From Eledone cirrhosa (taxonomy: Eukaryota), in assembly GCA_964016885.1 (NCBI GenBank), contig OZ024752.1, positions 7,564,001-7,628,000 of the forward strand: a stretch of 64,000 bases of DNA, in the 5' to 3' direction. Position numbers and translations under genes: made by a program. The first letter of the stretch is position 1. Each line of letters starts with the position of its first letter. The notes below the pieces were generated by a model, which did not search any database, had not been told where the DNA came from, and worked only from the letters and a program-made list of their open reading frames with translations. Positions 26,254-39,646 of the stretch are shown piece after piece.

Positions 26254-26895
26254 CTGTTTTACGGTCTATTCTCCGATTTCTTACTTTCCCACGTATATAT
26301 ATATATATATGTGTATATAAAACTTTCACTGTAGGGCATTCTTTTCATCAGTTCTTCAGTGGAAATCAGTGCCTATTAGTATCACAACCATGTTATTTGG
26401 GCCCACAGTATAACCCCACTACACTAAACCAGTTATGAAACACCAGATTTGTTGTTTGCTCTTCAGCAGTTTCTGCTTCACTACCCAGTTTACCAATCTG
26501 TGCTCACCTACCTTTCCCAAGTTCAATACCATCCAGTGCTCACCTACCTTTCCCAAGTCCAATACCATCCAGTGCTCACCTACCTTTGCTTAGTCCAATA
26601 CCATCTAGATAAAACAACAGAGATCCAACTGTCAACCCATGACATCCAATCTTATGGTCCTTACAGCTCACATGAGTCCTTATGTTTATGTACCCCACTC
26701 AATATCATTGAATCGGGACTAAACCGTGAACAGTTTAAAAAGAAAAATTAAATGTTTTCAGTTCCAGTCAGTTCTATTAACATATCCCAAACCCTTGAAG
26801 ACAATTGGAAATCAGATTGATAACAGTGTCAGACATAGTGAAACTATATTTTACCTCTAAAGAAGACATGAATAGCCTGAAAAATTATTTTCACT

Positions 26896-27090
26896 TTAAC
26901 CCTTTTGTGACTGAATTTCGAATTATTTCAATAATTAATGAAGAATTTGGTGGGATTCACTAAAATGGTTATTCTCTTACTTAGATAACTTTACATTCTT
27001 ATATAAAGCCATGTTGCAAGATAGGAACCCTTTAAAACGGGTGATTCTGTCTTATTAGAAGAAGGGCTGGTTTAGTATCAAAAGGGTTAA
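26896..27090. mobile_element. piggyBac-like MITE
   Basis: TTAAcccttttg ... caaaagggTTAA. Confidence 0.65.
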
Positions 27091-28092
27091 AGCCATCTTA
27101 TATATACACACACAGACACATATAAAGAAAATGTTATTTAACTAGAATTGAATAATAAAATTTATTGAGGCATGAAGGTGTGAAGTGTATTAAAAATGTT
27201 ATGTTTGTGGCTCCACACAAGCTGATGTGGGTTGACATGGCCTAAGGGAGACCATTCTAGTTTATGACAGTAGATATCTTAATTCTACCGAGAGGAAATA
27301 AAAAAAAAACAATATGTATTGTATATGGTGAAATATTGTTTGCAAGAAATGGTACTAGCGGTTCCTTAAAAACTGATATTAAACCAAACACTGTAGCGTC
27401 ACTTCCTTTTGGTTTTATTAAAATTCAGTTTGAAACTAAAACATTTAAATGTAGGACAAAAATGTATGGCTATAAGATAAATTTATATAAAATAATGTTT
27501 AATTGTCCAGAGAATGAAATGTGGGTGAAAACGATTAAAAATATCTAAATAAATGGTATTTAATTTCTTATGAGTGATTTATTAAGTCGACATTTCCAGT
27601 TATATCTATTTATTATGTATAATGACACAGAGCAAGAGTTGCTAGATGAAATTATTGAGTAACTCTAGATAAATCTATATATGCTTATATGGCAGAGAGG
27701 CAGAGTTGGTAGAAGTTGTGTTTATTGTAAGGTATAATGGTAGAGAGGCAGAGTTGGTAGAAGTTGTGTTTATTGTAAGGTATAATGGTAGAGATGGAGA
27801 GCTGGTAGAAGAAGTTGTATGTGTTTATTGTAAGGTATACTGTCTTCAGATGTAACACATAGGTGGTGGTCCCTTCCTGAAAAATAGTTGGGAGTCTGTT
27901 GAAGGAGATTGAGCAGTGAAACCCCTCCATGGAAGTTCCCTGCCAGAACTTGTGGGTCCGTTGTTACAGGTAGAAATGACTTGTCACTTAAACTTGTGTT
28001 GTGTCTCCAGAATTAAGTTATTTTAAATGTTCAGTTTTCTTTTTTTTTTCTGCAGATATTGTTTTCTTTGTTGTAAGATAAAATTTTATTTT

Positions 28093-28158
28093 TCAAAAGT
28101 CATTCTTAGCAAATCTTTGCACTGCTTTGTTATAATGAACCAATTCCATCATCTTTCC
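28093..28158 (-). CDS. Terminal coding exon of a small unknown protein (GKMMELVHYNKAVQRFAKNDF*)
   Basis: Acceptor ctttttatattcttcag; in frame with exon 28226-28318 across a 67-nt GT-AG intron. Confidence 0.6.
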   Translation of the reverse strand, partial: GKMMELVHYNKAVQRFAKNDF

Positions 28159-28225
28159 CTGAAGAATATAAAAAGCAGAAAGGTATTAAATAGCATCTCA
28201 CTTGTTAGGACATAATTAAACATAC

Positions 28226-28318
28226 CTGTGTGGGTATAAAAGGAAAGGAACTGATCACATCAAATATATTGTTTCTATTGGTCTCTCCATTGCTGATAAT
28301 ATCTGTCTGTAGCAACCA
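28226..28318 (-). CDS. Phase 0-0 coding exon (WLLQTDIISNGETNRNNIFDVISSFPFIPTQ)
   Basis: Acceptor cctccctctgccag, donor CAG|gtatgt, 93 nt open. Confidence 0.6.
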
Positions 28319-28692
28319 CTGGCAGAGGGAGGTAGGATTTGAACTCAGAATGTACAGGCCCAGATCAGATACCACAAAACATCACTTCTTGGACTGGTAC
28401 TTTAACAATCCTTCAACCAATGAAACATAAAGTTTCTCTGCCAATTTGCAATATATAGATATATATATTCAATTGAAGTTGGTTCTTTGAAAATCTGCTG
28501 ACTTATTCTTAAACAGACGTGAAGCACTCCACAGTTTTGCTCATCCGGAGTTTTATTATAATATATATATATATAACTGTTTAGTTATGAAGAGAAGAGA
28601 AGAGCCGTATCTAGGACTGTTTCTAGAGTCTCCAAGAGAGGAAGATCTTGTCAAACCAAAGACCTAGCCCATATATCTATAATATAGTAGAT

Positions 28693-28990
28693 ACTGCTTA
28701 AGTCACTGAATGACCAACTGGTGATGATACTAAACCAGAAGACAGATGAGACATTGCTTAAGTCACTGAATGATCAACTGGTGTTAGTACTAAACCAGAA
28801 GACAGATGAGACATTGCTTAAGTCACTGAATGACCAACTGGTGTTAGTACTAAACCAGAAGACAGATGAGACATTGCTTAAGTCACTGAATGACCAACTG
28901 GTGTTAGTACTAAACCAGAAGACAGATGAGACATTGCTTAAGTCACTGAATGACCAACTGGTGATGATACTAAACCAGAAGACAGATTAA
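28693..28990. repeat. 60-bp tandem repeat, 5 copies
   Basis: Unit attgcttaagtcactgaatgaccaactggtgttagtactaaaccagaagacagatgagac. Confidence 0.95.
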
Positions 28991-29889
28991 CCAATCCTTA
29001 ATTATATTTCATCTACAACTCTATATATTAGAGTCACATTTAAGATATAATTGTCGTTAATTATTCATTTACTGTTTCCTAGTAACAATTTGTCACAATA
29101 AAAGTGTGAAGATTAATGTTAAAAGTCTTTTGTAACATAAATTTACAGTCATAAGATTGTTGTTTTTTTAAAAAAATGGTTCTAGCTTTAAATCATATAT
29201 TATAGAAGTTGTTCCAAGCAATATCTGGTAGAAACTATATATTATAGAAGTTGTTCCAAGCAATATCTGGTAGAAACTAGTCAAATTAACAGAAGTATGT
29301 GTTTGATTAAATGTTTTGTAGTATTTATTCTGGTTTTGTGCATTTCAAGTCCAAATCTTGTTAAAGTCAACTTTGGGAGTGAAAATGAAAGGGAGCCAGC
29401 AATTACCCTAGTGTATTAGTATTTTATTTTATTGACCCTGTAAGGATGAAAGGCAAAGTTAACCTCGACAGGATTTGAACTCAGGACATAAAGAGCCATA
29501 ACTCTATGCTGCAAAGCATGGCGTCCGACCCTTTACCGAGTCTGTCCTATTAATAATAATTACACGAATAAGTACCATCAAAACATTAGTATATTTAATC
29601 TACTCCAGTAGTTCACTAGTAATACTTGCGTAACCATAACATAGTTTCTCGGGGAGATTCAGTGTAGCTGTGTGTGTCAAAGCTGGTACTTTGTATTACA
29701 GATACAATTAATTTCTGTCAGACGATTGGACTGAAATAATGTGAAATAAAAGTGACACAACACGCTACTGGGAATCGAACTCACAACCTTATGATCGCCA
29801 CTAACCATAAAGTCACACACATCCAACTACACAATATGTGTGTACACATATTGAATCTCTCAGTAGTTACCTGTTATATACACACACAC

Positions 29890-30058
29890 ACAGTGAAATT
29901 CACGGTATATAAAAAAAAAATTCGTTGTAACGAAAAATTCTTTATAACGAGATCGACCTAACACATCGAGCGTGTGGGCAGGGAATGATGAAAAAAAATT
30001 TCGTTATATTGAAAAATTTATTATAATGGTATTCGTTATAACAGAATTTTACCTGTGT
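29890..30058. mobile_element. Tigger/pogo-like MITE
   Basis: Repeated cgttataacga motifs in both orientations; partial copy at 55240-55338. Confidence 0.6.
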
Positions 30059-30075
30059 AAATATACATATGTACA

Positions 30076-30177
30076 TAGGGTGTCCCCCAATAATGTATAC
30101 ACACTTCGACAGCATTCTAGTAAATATTGCCTGCACAGGTAATTGAAAGTATGTATACATTTTGGAGGGACACCCTA
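30076..30177. mobile_element. ~100-bp Tc1/mariner-type MITE
   Basis: tagggtgtcc...ggacacccta TIRs in TA context; second copy at 32441-32540 in opposite orientation. Confidence 0.75.
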
Positions 30178-30400
30178 TATATATATATATATACATATAT
30201 ATAGACATACACACAGTCTATATATACATATATATATATATATAGACATACACACACTGTCTATATATATATATATATAGACATACACAGTCTATATATA
30301 TATATATATATATAGACATACACACACTGTCTATATATATATATATATAGACATACACACTGTCTATATATATAGACATACACACTGTCTGTCTGTCTAC

Positions 30401-30481
30401 CATTTTAGCTGGTATTAAAGATCCCCCTTCCCACTTCCGTGTTTAACAAAGGCCGTCTGATCACTTCTAACGGTTCTTAAA
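30401..30481 (-). other. Candidate 5' UTR exon ending in ATG
   Basis: Acceptor ttccctccag; ends ctaaaATG|gtagac; candidate upstream donor atggag|gtaacc at 31136. Confidence 0.4.
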
Positions 30482-31826
30482 CTGGAGGGAATTTAAACAC
30501 TACACAATAAACTTTGACTTTCATCCTTACCAGGTCGATAAAATAGGGTACCAGTAATGGACTGAGGTCGATTTAATGAACCCCCTCCCCTTCAAATTGC
30601 TGGCCTTGTGCCTAAAGTAGAAACAATTATTATTATAGTTTAAAACAAATTTCAATTTAATTATGTTTACAAAAACAAAGGAAATGAGGAGTTAGCAGTA
30701 GATTCTACACCCCAGTCTAGGAGCTATATCTCAGCTGCACCTCACAGACGACAATAGCATTGCTGCAGAGTACAGCCAGCGACACCCATTCCACCTAATA
30801 TGGCAACTGAGACCCTTAATGTCAGCGACCAGCTGGTCAAGTCCCGGTATTTGGCTATCTCCCTCTCTCCCCTGGGGTTGGGAGAGGAGATATCCCATAT
30901 TAGATATTTATTTACTACCCACCAACGGAAAAGGGTTATCCCGCCAGAGTTGCTGACTAAAATAACTATGAAACAATAATTTTAAAATACATCTATTTAT
31001 AAGTCTATATTTAAAATAGTTTAAGGCGCCAAAGAATGTTTAAAATTTAGCATATCAATAAATAATATTTGAATTCTTTTTAATGTTCTCTCGTGAAATA
31101 TCTCTTAACTTTCTCAAATAAGTTAAGTCGGTTACCTCCATTTTAGACAGTTATTTTAGTCTGCCCTTCAAATAGACATAGGGTTAGGGGTTAGAGTAAG
31201 TTAACGTTTAATATATATATATATTTATAATTAGCACACATTAAAAGGTTAAACGTTAGGCAAACAATTTCTGCTTCCATATAGTTGTATCAAATACGTA
31301 TATACACATGTATGTAGATTTATATATACACACACATCTGTCATCTTAATTTCGTAAAAAACGATCTTTTCCATATATATATATATATATATATATGGAA
31401 AAAGATCGTTTTTTACAAAAACAATATAAAAAATTGTAAACAGGTGGAGATGTGAAACGAAGGCTTCTACAGGACTAGAACTGTTTTGTTCGAAGTTAAC
31501 TTTGCCTTTCATCCTTACGGGGTCGATAAAATAAAGTACCAGTCACGCATTGGGTAATTGCTGGCCTTGTGCCAAAAGTAGAAACAATTAATATATATAC
31601 CAGTAATACACTGGGATAATTGCTGCCCTTGTGCCAAAAGTAGAAGCAATTAATATATATATATATACACACATACACACATATATCTTATCTTAATTTG
31701 TTATATATATATAGCAGCTTTTTAAAACTGACCATATTGAGCCGTTAGGCTAGCTTGAACTGACCCATACGACCAACAACAGCAATATCGTTGATTGACC
31801 TTCTACGATCCTCATACACAAGCTGA

Positions 31827-32018
31827 TTAACCCTTTACCATCTACATTACTCTATATATACTATCATATTTACACAGTAAAGTCTTTATCTCACATAATA
31901 TCGAATCTATGAGATTTTGATATTATTTATTTAGTGAACAATACCTTAATATCAGTATGAGTGGCCAGTTTAAACAAAGGTGAGAGAATTCTGCCCGGTT
32001 TAAATGCTAAAGGGTTAA
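31827..32018 (+). mobile_element. piggyBac-like MITE with one internal unit
   Basis: TTAAcccttta ... taaagggTTAA. Confidence 0.75.
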
Positions 32019-32019
32019 T

Positions 32020-32408
32020 TTTCTCCACATTTTCAGGTGTGTCGCTGGTGGCAGGTCTTCCAGGGAAGTTTCTCTACTTTTGAAGTACCCATGTCACTCG
32101 AAACATTGCTTACAACTCATTGTCTCGTCACTAACCTTGCCAAAGCATGCTCAATATCTCTGTAGCAGACTTCCCAAGTTGAACACAAAATTTCACCTTG
32201 GTTCTTTGTTCCAACTTCCTCTTTATGACAAAAACACAAATATCACAACTTGTGAATTGACCACAGAGATATCACTGGACACACTAGCTCTCACTGGCTC
32301 ACTGATACATGAAGGCCACTACTTGCCCTCACTGGCACACAACCCTGTCTTACCATTTGTTGGCACACTACAGAACTACCCCGGAAACTTTTGATACCAC
32401 CTCGTATA
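32020..32408 (-). mobile_element. mariner transposon 5' fragment (pseudogene)
   Basis: TIR tacgaggtggtatcaaaagtttccgg; remnant EQRTKVKFCVQLGKSATEILSML...GRPATS (mariner HTH). Confidence 0.8.
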
Positions 32409-32539
32409 TATATTGATTGTATAGTTCTATATTTGATAGACAGGCTGTCCTCCAAAATATATACACACTTTGATCACCTGTACAGGGAATATTTATTAGA
32501 ATGCTGTTGAAGTGTGTATACATTTTTTGGAGACATCCC

Positions 32540-32573
<34 letters not shown>

Positions 32574-33142
32574 ATTTAATGTTAGAGTTTAAATAACGTT
32601 TATTTTATTTTAATTTTGAAATCAGAGGAAGACAGGAAATGATTTAAGGCTATAATATTAAGATATTTTAAATTGGTAAATTGTTGTAAACTTTACCAAA
32701 TCTTGTAACATTACCAAGAGGAAATAAAATATTTGTATACCTTTAAGGTAGATTTTATTTATTACACCATTGTTGAGGTGGATGTTATTGTAAAGAAATT
32801 AATGGTAGTTTATAGGTTTAGTTAGAATTTTGAAGGTGAAATGTATGTTTTTCCTAGTATTTTTGGTGTGTTTTGAACAAATATGGCCTTGAAAAAATGT
32901 TGCAACTTTGTAGTTTGGTTACCCCAGCAGAGAATTCCATAACCCCCATCTCTGAGACATCATCATCATCGTTTAACGTCCATCTTCCACACTAGCATGG
33001 GCTAGACAGGTGTAATAACCCTGAAATAATATATTTAGTGGGTAAAACATTTGTTTTATTTTATTTGTCATCCTAGAACATCTTTGTAGAAAAAAATATA
33101 ATATAATGGTTACAGAACGAAAACATATACATGTATACAAAG

Positions 33143-33732
33143 GAGGTAATACATACATCTAGGACCACATACAACACACCATCAGGTAATACACACACCT
33201 AGGACCACATACAGCACACCAGCAGGTAATACATACATCTAGGACCACATACAACACACAATCAGGTAATACATACACCTAGGACCACCTACAACACACA
33301 AGCAGGTAATACATACATCTAGGACCACATACAACACACAAGCAGGTAATACACACATCTAGGACCACATATAACACACAAGCAGGTAATACACACATCT
33401 AGGACCACATACAATACACCAGCAGGTAGTACACATCTAGGACCACATACAACACACAAGCAGGTAATACACACATCTAGGACCACATACAACACACAAG
33501 CAGGTAATACACACATCTAGGACCACATACAATACACCAGCAGGTAATACACATCTAGGACCGCATACAACACACCAGCAGGTAATACACACATCTAGGA
33601 CCACATACAACACACCAGCAGGTAATAAACACATCTAGGACCACATACAACACACCAGCAGGTAATAAACACATCTAGGACCACATACAACACACAAGCA
33701 GGTAATACATACATCTAGGACCACATACAACA
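33143..33732. repeat. 40-bp minisatellite, ~15 copies
   Basis: Unit gcaggtaatacacacatctaggaccacatacaacacacaa. Confidence 0.95.
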
Positions 33733-34394
33733 AAAGGGGTGTGAAAGGGGTGGACAAATGAACCGATAGTATATTTCTACCACATTGTATCGGCTTTCTG
33801 AAACTTATCTCACGATACTTTATATTAACTAAACTACTTTATTTTCTTTGTTTCGGTCAATAGCCAACAGGTATGCTGGGACACCGGCTTAATTTTCAAA
33901 CCTGCTACTTATGTATTTTATCGATTTAGATTAAACACACACATGTATATGTTCAGTCCTTCTCACTTTCCTCTCTCTTGACTTTCAGTAATCTCTCTAT
34001 CCCCATTGTTCTTCACACCTCTCCTTCATATCCTCTCTATTACTATCTACATCTTCCCTAAATGTCACCCTCCTTACAGACCAGCTGTCCACTTCCTGGT
34101 TTTCCTCCCTCTATACAGTCTCTCTATGTCACTCAACAGACTTGTATGATACTCCTATGGGTACATACAAGAATATTATAACTCTACCTCGGTGAGTACT
34201 CATTCCCACGTTTGTCAATATCACACGGATTTATATATATGTATATATCCACACATGTATGTATATATACGTGTACACACGTGTGTGTATATATGTTAGT
34301 GTATACATGCATGTGTGTTAGTATTATATACATAATCATATATATGTATAAGAAAGTGTTGTAGTTTGTAAAGTGTAGAAAATTGTTTTATTAA

Positions 34395-34760
34395 AAAAGC
34401 CATGACAAAAGCACCCAGTCCACTATAGTGGTCATGAAGGTGTCATGACAAAAAGCACCCAATCCACACTGTAAAGTGGTTATGAAGGTGTCATGACAAA
34501 AAGCACCCAATCCACACTGTAAAGTGGTTATGAAGGTGTCATGACAAAAAGCATCCAGCCCACACTGTAAGGTGGTCATGTAGGTGTCACAACAAAAAGC
34601 ACCCAGTCCACACTGTAAGGTGGTTATGTAGGTATCATGACAAAAAGCACCACATCCACACTGTAAAATGGTCATGTAGGTGTCATGACAAAATGTACAC
34701 AGTCCACACTATAAAGTTGTGCAGGCGACGCGGCAAAATAGCACCCAACACACTGTAAAT
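34395..34760 (-). repeat. 48-bp SINE-derived minisatellite
   Basis: Unit gtcatgacaaaaagcacccaatccacactgtaaagtggttatgaaggt. Confidence 0.85.
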
Positions 34761-36689
34761 ACACTTGGTGTTAGGAATGACATCTAGCCGTAGAAACCAA
34801 GCCAAATCAGTTCTCTGTGAGCGAATCACGGTCCCCTGACCTGATCCCTCATAAAGGGGCAGTTTGTCCTAGCCACACTAACGTGGAAGATGGATATTAA
34901 ACGATGATATATATATATATATATATATACCATCATCATCATCATTTTACGTCCGCTTTTTCCCTGCTTGCAAGGGTGGGACGGGAACTGATTCTGCAGC
35001 TGGATGCCCTTCCTAACGCCAACCTCATTTTCAGTGAGTACTGGGTGCTTTTTTGCCGTGGCGCCTCCACGACCACTTTACAGTGGAATGCTAGGGACCC
35101 CAGTCCTATCATCTCATTTCTACAGCTGAGTAAACTGGAGCAATGTGAAATAAAGTGTCTTGCTCAAGCAAACAACACATATATATACCAATTGAAATGT
35201 GACATTAGTGGCCACTGCTAATACCTGAAATGTTACACCTGACTGTTGTTAGATATCAAAGGCTTGGTATACCAACAGGAGTAAAAGCCTTCTACTTGAA
35301 GAAAGACTTAGTGATATGCAATCATGCATGGCATTTACTGATTCACATCTGACAGCCCAGCTAACATGGCAGGTGTAGAAATATACAAAGTAGGTTGTAT
35401 TTCATACTGACAGGAAAGTAAGAACTAATGTTGTAATTACAATATCGACAAAGATGTCCTAGATCTTTCTTTCACAATCTTAATGTGACAGTGAAGATTT
35501 TCTCAGACCATAACATAGTACTAACAACATATGGTCTCAAGAAGACTGTAGCTATGTAAGCTACAAAAGCAGCCAAGTTCTATCTAGCTTAAACTTCCAC
35601 AAAACTGGAGAAGATCGTGAAACAAAACTAGTCTGACAATCTATGTGAGGTATTGTCATGAAACTTGGGTATTTCATGACAATACCAACCATTAAACTAC
35701 TTTTAGGAAGATGGCTAACTGTTACGGAATATAATTCCTGGAGGTAGAAAAAACTTGTGAGACAAAGAACGAAGATCTCAAATTAAAAGACTGTAAAGAA
35801 TTAGGGATTAATTGAACTGAACTGAAACACCTCCATGACAAAAGGAGAGGGCAGAGAGAGAAGCCAGTGTTATGGAAAATATAACAAACCCTAAAGTCTT
35901 GTTGAAATTTGCAAAAGAGCCCTGCTTGAGTGCCTTACAAGACAGGGCCACTGTTCCATAATAACAGCTGAGTGACTGTAAACCCTCAAAAGATGAACGA
36001 CCATTACAAGTATTTTTACATCCTCGATACAAATGAACCTGGGTGAAACTACTGCAGGACCTTTTCTAAAGTTTCCTTGCAAGTGGTAAACTCCCCATAA
36101 AGCTAAAGAAAGTCAAAATAAGTCCTTAATTTATAAAGGAGAAAGCAGAGTAGATACTCAAAATTGAGATCTTTCTTACTTCCCATATCAGTAATGAAAC
36201 TGATTATATTCCATGAGGGAATTGGTTTGCCAACACCCAGTTTAGAAACAATGGTAGTACTCCAGTATGGCCCCAACTCTGTTGGCTAGAACAGATAACA
36301 CATAAAAGATTCATCATCATCATTTTATGTCTGTCCACACTTGCATGGGTTGGATGTGTCCTCAGTACAGCATCTCTCCACTTGTTCCTTTGTCAGCTCT
36401 CACCATTTCCATCCAGGTCTTCCTCTACTGCAGCTTCCTTCCACAAATACATGTACATAGATATATCTACATCATCATTGTTAGTTCATATCTATTTTCC
36501 ATGGTTGTGTAGGTTAGACAGGTTGTCATGTTCTGATTCAAGATAGGTCAGAAGACTGCATCTAACTCACACATTCCATTTTTCACTTATATTCTACAGC
36601 AGGTTGGCCTTCCTAATGCCGACCACTTCCCTTTCTATCAGTTACAGATACTACTACCACATGACAGCATGGATAGGGTGATTTTTTTT

Positions 36690-38165
36690 TATTGTGACAT
36701 AAGCCCTACCACTTTACAGTGTGGGCTGGGTGTATTTTATTGTGACATAAGCCCTACCACTTTACAGTGTGGGCTGGGTGTGTTTTGTTGTGGTACCAGC
36801 CCTACCACTTTACAGAGTGGGCTGGGTGTGTTTTGTTGTGGTACCAGCCCTACCACTTTACAGTGTGGGCTGGGTGTGTTTTGTTGTGGTACCAGCCCTA
36901 CCACTTTACAGTGTGGGCTGGGTGTGTTTTGTTGTGGTACCAGCCCTACCACTTTACAGAGTGGGCTGGGTGTATTTTATTGTGACATAAGCCCTACCAC
37001 TTTACAGTGTGGGCTGGGTGTGTTTTGTTGTGGTACCAGCCCTACCACTTTACAGAGTGGGCTGGGTGTGTTTTGTTGTGGTACCAGCCCTACCACTTTA
37101 CAGAGTGGGCTGGGTGTATTTTATTGTGACATAAGTCCTACCACTTTACAGTGTGGGCTGGGTGTGTTTTGTTGTGGTACCAGCCCTACCACTTTACAGT
37201 GTGGGCTGGGTGTGTTTTGTTGTGGTACCAGCACTACCACTTTACAGTGTGGGCTGGGTGTGTTTTGTTGTGGTACCAGCCCTACCACTTTACAGTGTGG
37301 GCTGGGTGTGTTTTGTTGTGGTACCAGCACTACCACTTTACAGAGTGGGCTGGGTGTGTTTTATTGACACCATCACTACCACATTACAGAGTATACTGGG
37401 TGTATTTTATCATGACACCATCACTACCACATTACAGAGTGTACTGGGTGTATTTTATCATGACACCATCACTACCACATTACAGAGTGTGCTGGGTGTA
37501 TTTTATTGTGACCCCAACACTACCACTTTAGTAAATGGGCTGGGTGTATTTTATTGTGACCCCAACACTACCACTTTAGTAAGTGGGCTGGGTGTATTTT
37601 ATTGTGACCCCCAACACTACCACTTTAGTAAGTGGGCTGGGTGTATTTTATTGTGACCCCAACACTACCACTTTAGTAAGTGGGCTGGGTGTATTTTATT
37701 GTGACCCCCAACACTACCACTTTAGTAAGTGGGCTGGGTGTATTTTATTGTGACCCCAACACTACCACTTTAGTAAGTGGGCTGGGTGTATTTTATTGTG
37801 ACCCCCAACACTACCACTTTAGTAAGTGGGCTGGGTGTATTTTATTGTGACCCCCAACACTACCACTTTAGTAAGTGGGCTGGGTGTATTTTATTGTGAC
37901 CCCAACACTACTACTTTAGTAAGTGGGCTGGGTGTATTTTATTGTGACCCCCAACACTACCACTTTAGTAAGTGGGCTGGGTGTATTTTATTGTGACCCC
38001 AACACTACCACTTTAGTAAGTGGGCTGGGTGTATTTTATTGTGACCCCAACACTACCACTTTAGTAAGTGGGCTGGGTGTATTTTATTGTGACCCCAACA
38101 CTACCACTTTAGTAAGTGGGCTGGGTGTATTTTATTGTGACCCCCAACACTACCACATTACAGAG
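36690..38165 (+). repeat. SINE-derived minisatellite with three successive unit variants (46-48 bp)
   Basis: ctaccactttacagtgtgggctgggtgt... shifting to ctaccactttagtaagtgggctgggtgtattttattgtgacccc. Confidence 0.9.
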
Positions 38166-39338
38166 TGTACTGAGTATATTTTATTGATCTCAGCATTACC
38201 ACCTTTCAATACCAGGGTGTTCATTGAATCCTCTGCCAGCCTGAGGAGGAAGTGATGGGGAAGGGCAGGCTACATGTTGAGGGGAGAGGGGATTGAGAGT
38301 TTGGACTTGACAGTACATTGTAGAGAGAGTAGTTGTGTGTGTTTTGTTTGTATTGTTGGACAAACAAGGAACTGAGAGGTCACCACGGATGTGACTGGAG
38401 AGGCGAGGGGCATCTGGGGTTGGTGGGGGGACAATAGGTCGGTAAGGGAGGTTAGTGACGTAGTAGGGAGATGAAAGGGGACTAAACAGCATTGACAGAA
38501 TGAGCAAGCTAGGGCAGTGTATGTGTACACATGTATATATATGTGAGTGTGTGTGTGTATATATACATATATAAATATGTATATATGTGTGTATATTTGT
38601 TTACAATGTAGTCATACTCTATCCCAAGTATTGAGTACTCAGTTGAGAAATGTGGTTCTATATTTATATATAGTTATGTGTGTGTGTATATATATATAGT
38701 TGTGTGTGTGTATATATATATAGTTGTGTGTGTGTATATATATATATAGTTATGTGTGTGTGTATATATATAGTTATGTGTGTGTGTATATATATAGTTA
38801 TGTGTGTGTATATATATATATCATCATCATCGTTTAAGGTCCATCTTATACGCTAGCATGGGTTAGACGGTTTATATATATATATATAATTATATATGTG
38901 TGTATGTGTAAATATCTGTTTCAACACACGTTTTCAGATAAGAAATCTTGCAAAACAAATTCAAAAACGAAATATATATATATAGTTACACATAACTATA
39001 TGCGTATAAAGATATATGTTTGTATATACATATGCTTGCATGCATATATATTTATGTCTCTCTCTGTATATATATATGAGACACATATATATACACACAC
39101 TCATAGATCATGTAGCTTTTAAAAGGAGCCATTTTTTTCTTTTGTGATTGTTATTGTTTTCAAAGAAACATTGTATTATATTTTATTATTTTTACAGATG
39201 TCACGAACAAAAACAGATATTTGGTATTAAATATATTTGTAAAATTGAGGATTTAAAACAGAAATAATACCGTAAAACGTGTATGGATTGTCAAAATGTG
39301 AAATTTCCACGTGAAGAGATAGAGAGATAGATAGAGAC

Positions 39339-39380
<42 letters not shown>

Positions 39381-39444
39381 CATTTCTGATTTTTGCGTTT
39401 CGCTTCGCTTTTCCAGCCCGCCGAAATGCGATTCTCGCTGAATC

Positions 39445-39476
<32 letters not shown>

Positions 39477-39646
39477 AATATATATATATAGAGAGAGAGA
39501 GAGGTAGATAGAGAGATATATAGATAGATGGCTACATATATATATATATAGTTAGATGGAGAAATAGATATATAGCTAGCTATCTAGAGAGATAGATAGG
39601 TGGGGAGGGAGATAGCTATCAAGATAGAGAGAGAGACTCACCATGT

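Noticed and set aside
35200-36100. Possible decayed DNA-transposon nuclease coding remnant on the minus strand
   Set aside because: Only vague motif resemblance with many stops; BLASTX would be needed
39198-39225. Plus-strand acag|ATG-SRTKTDI, a second H3-like start
   Set aside because: Too short, and no continuation found
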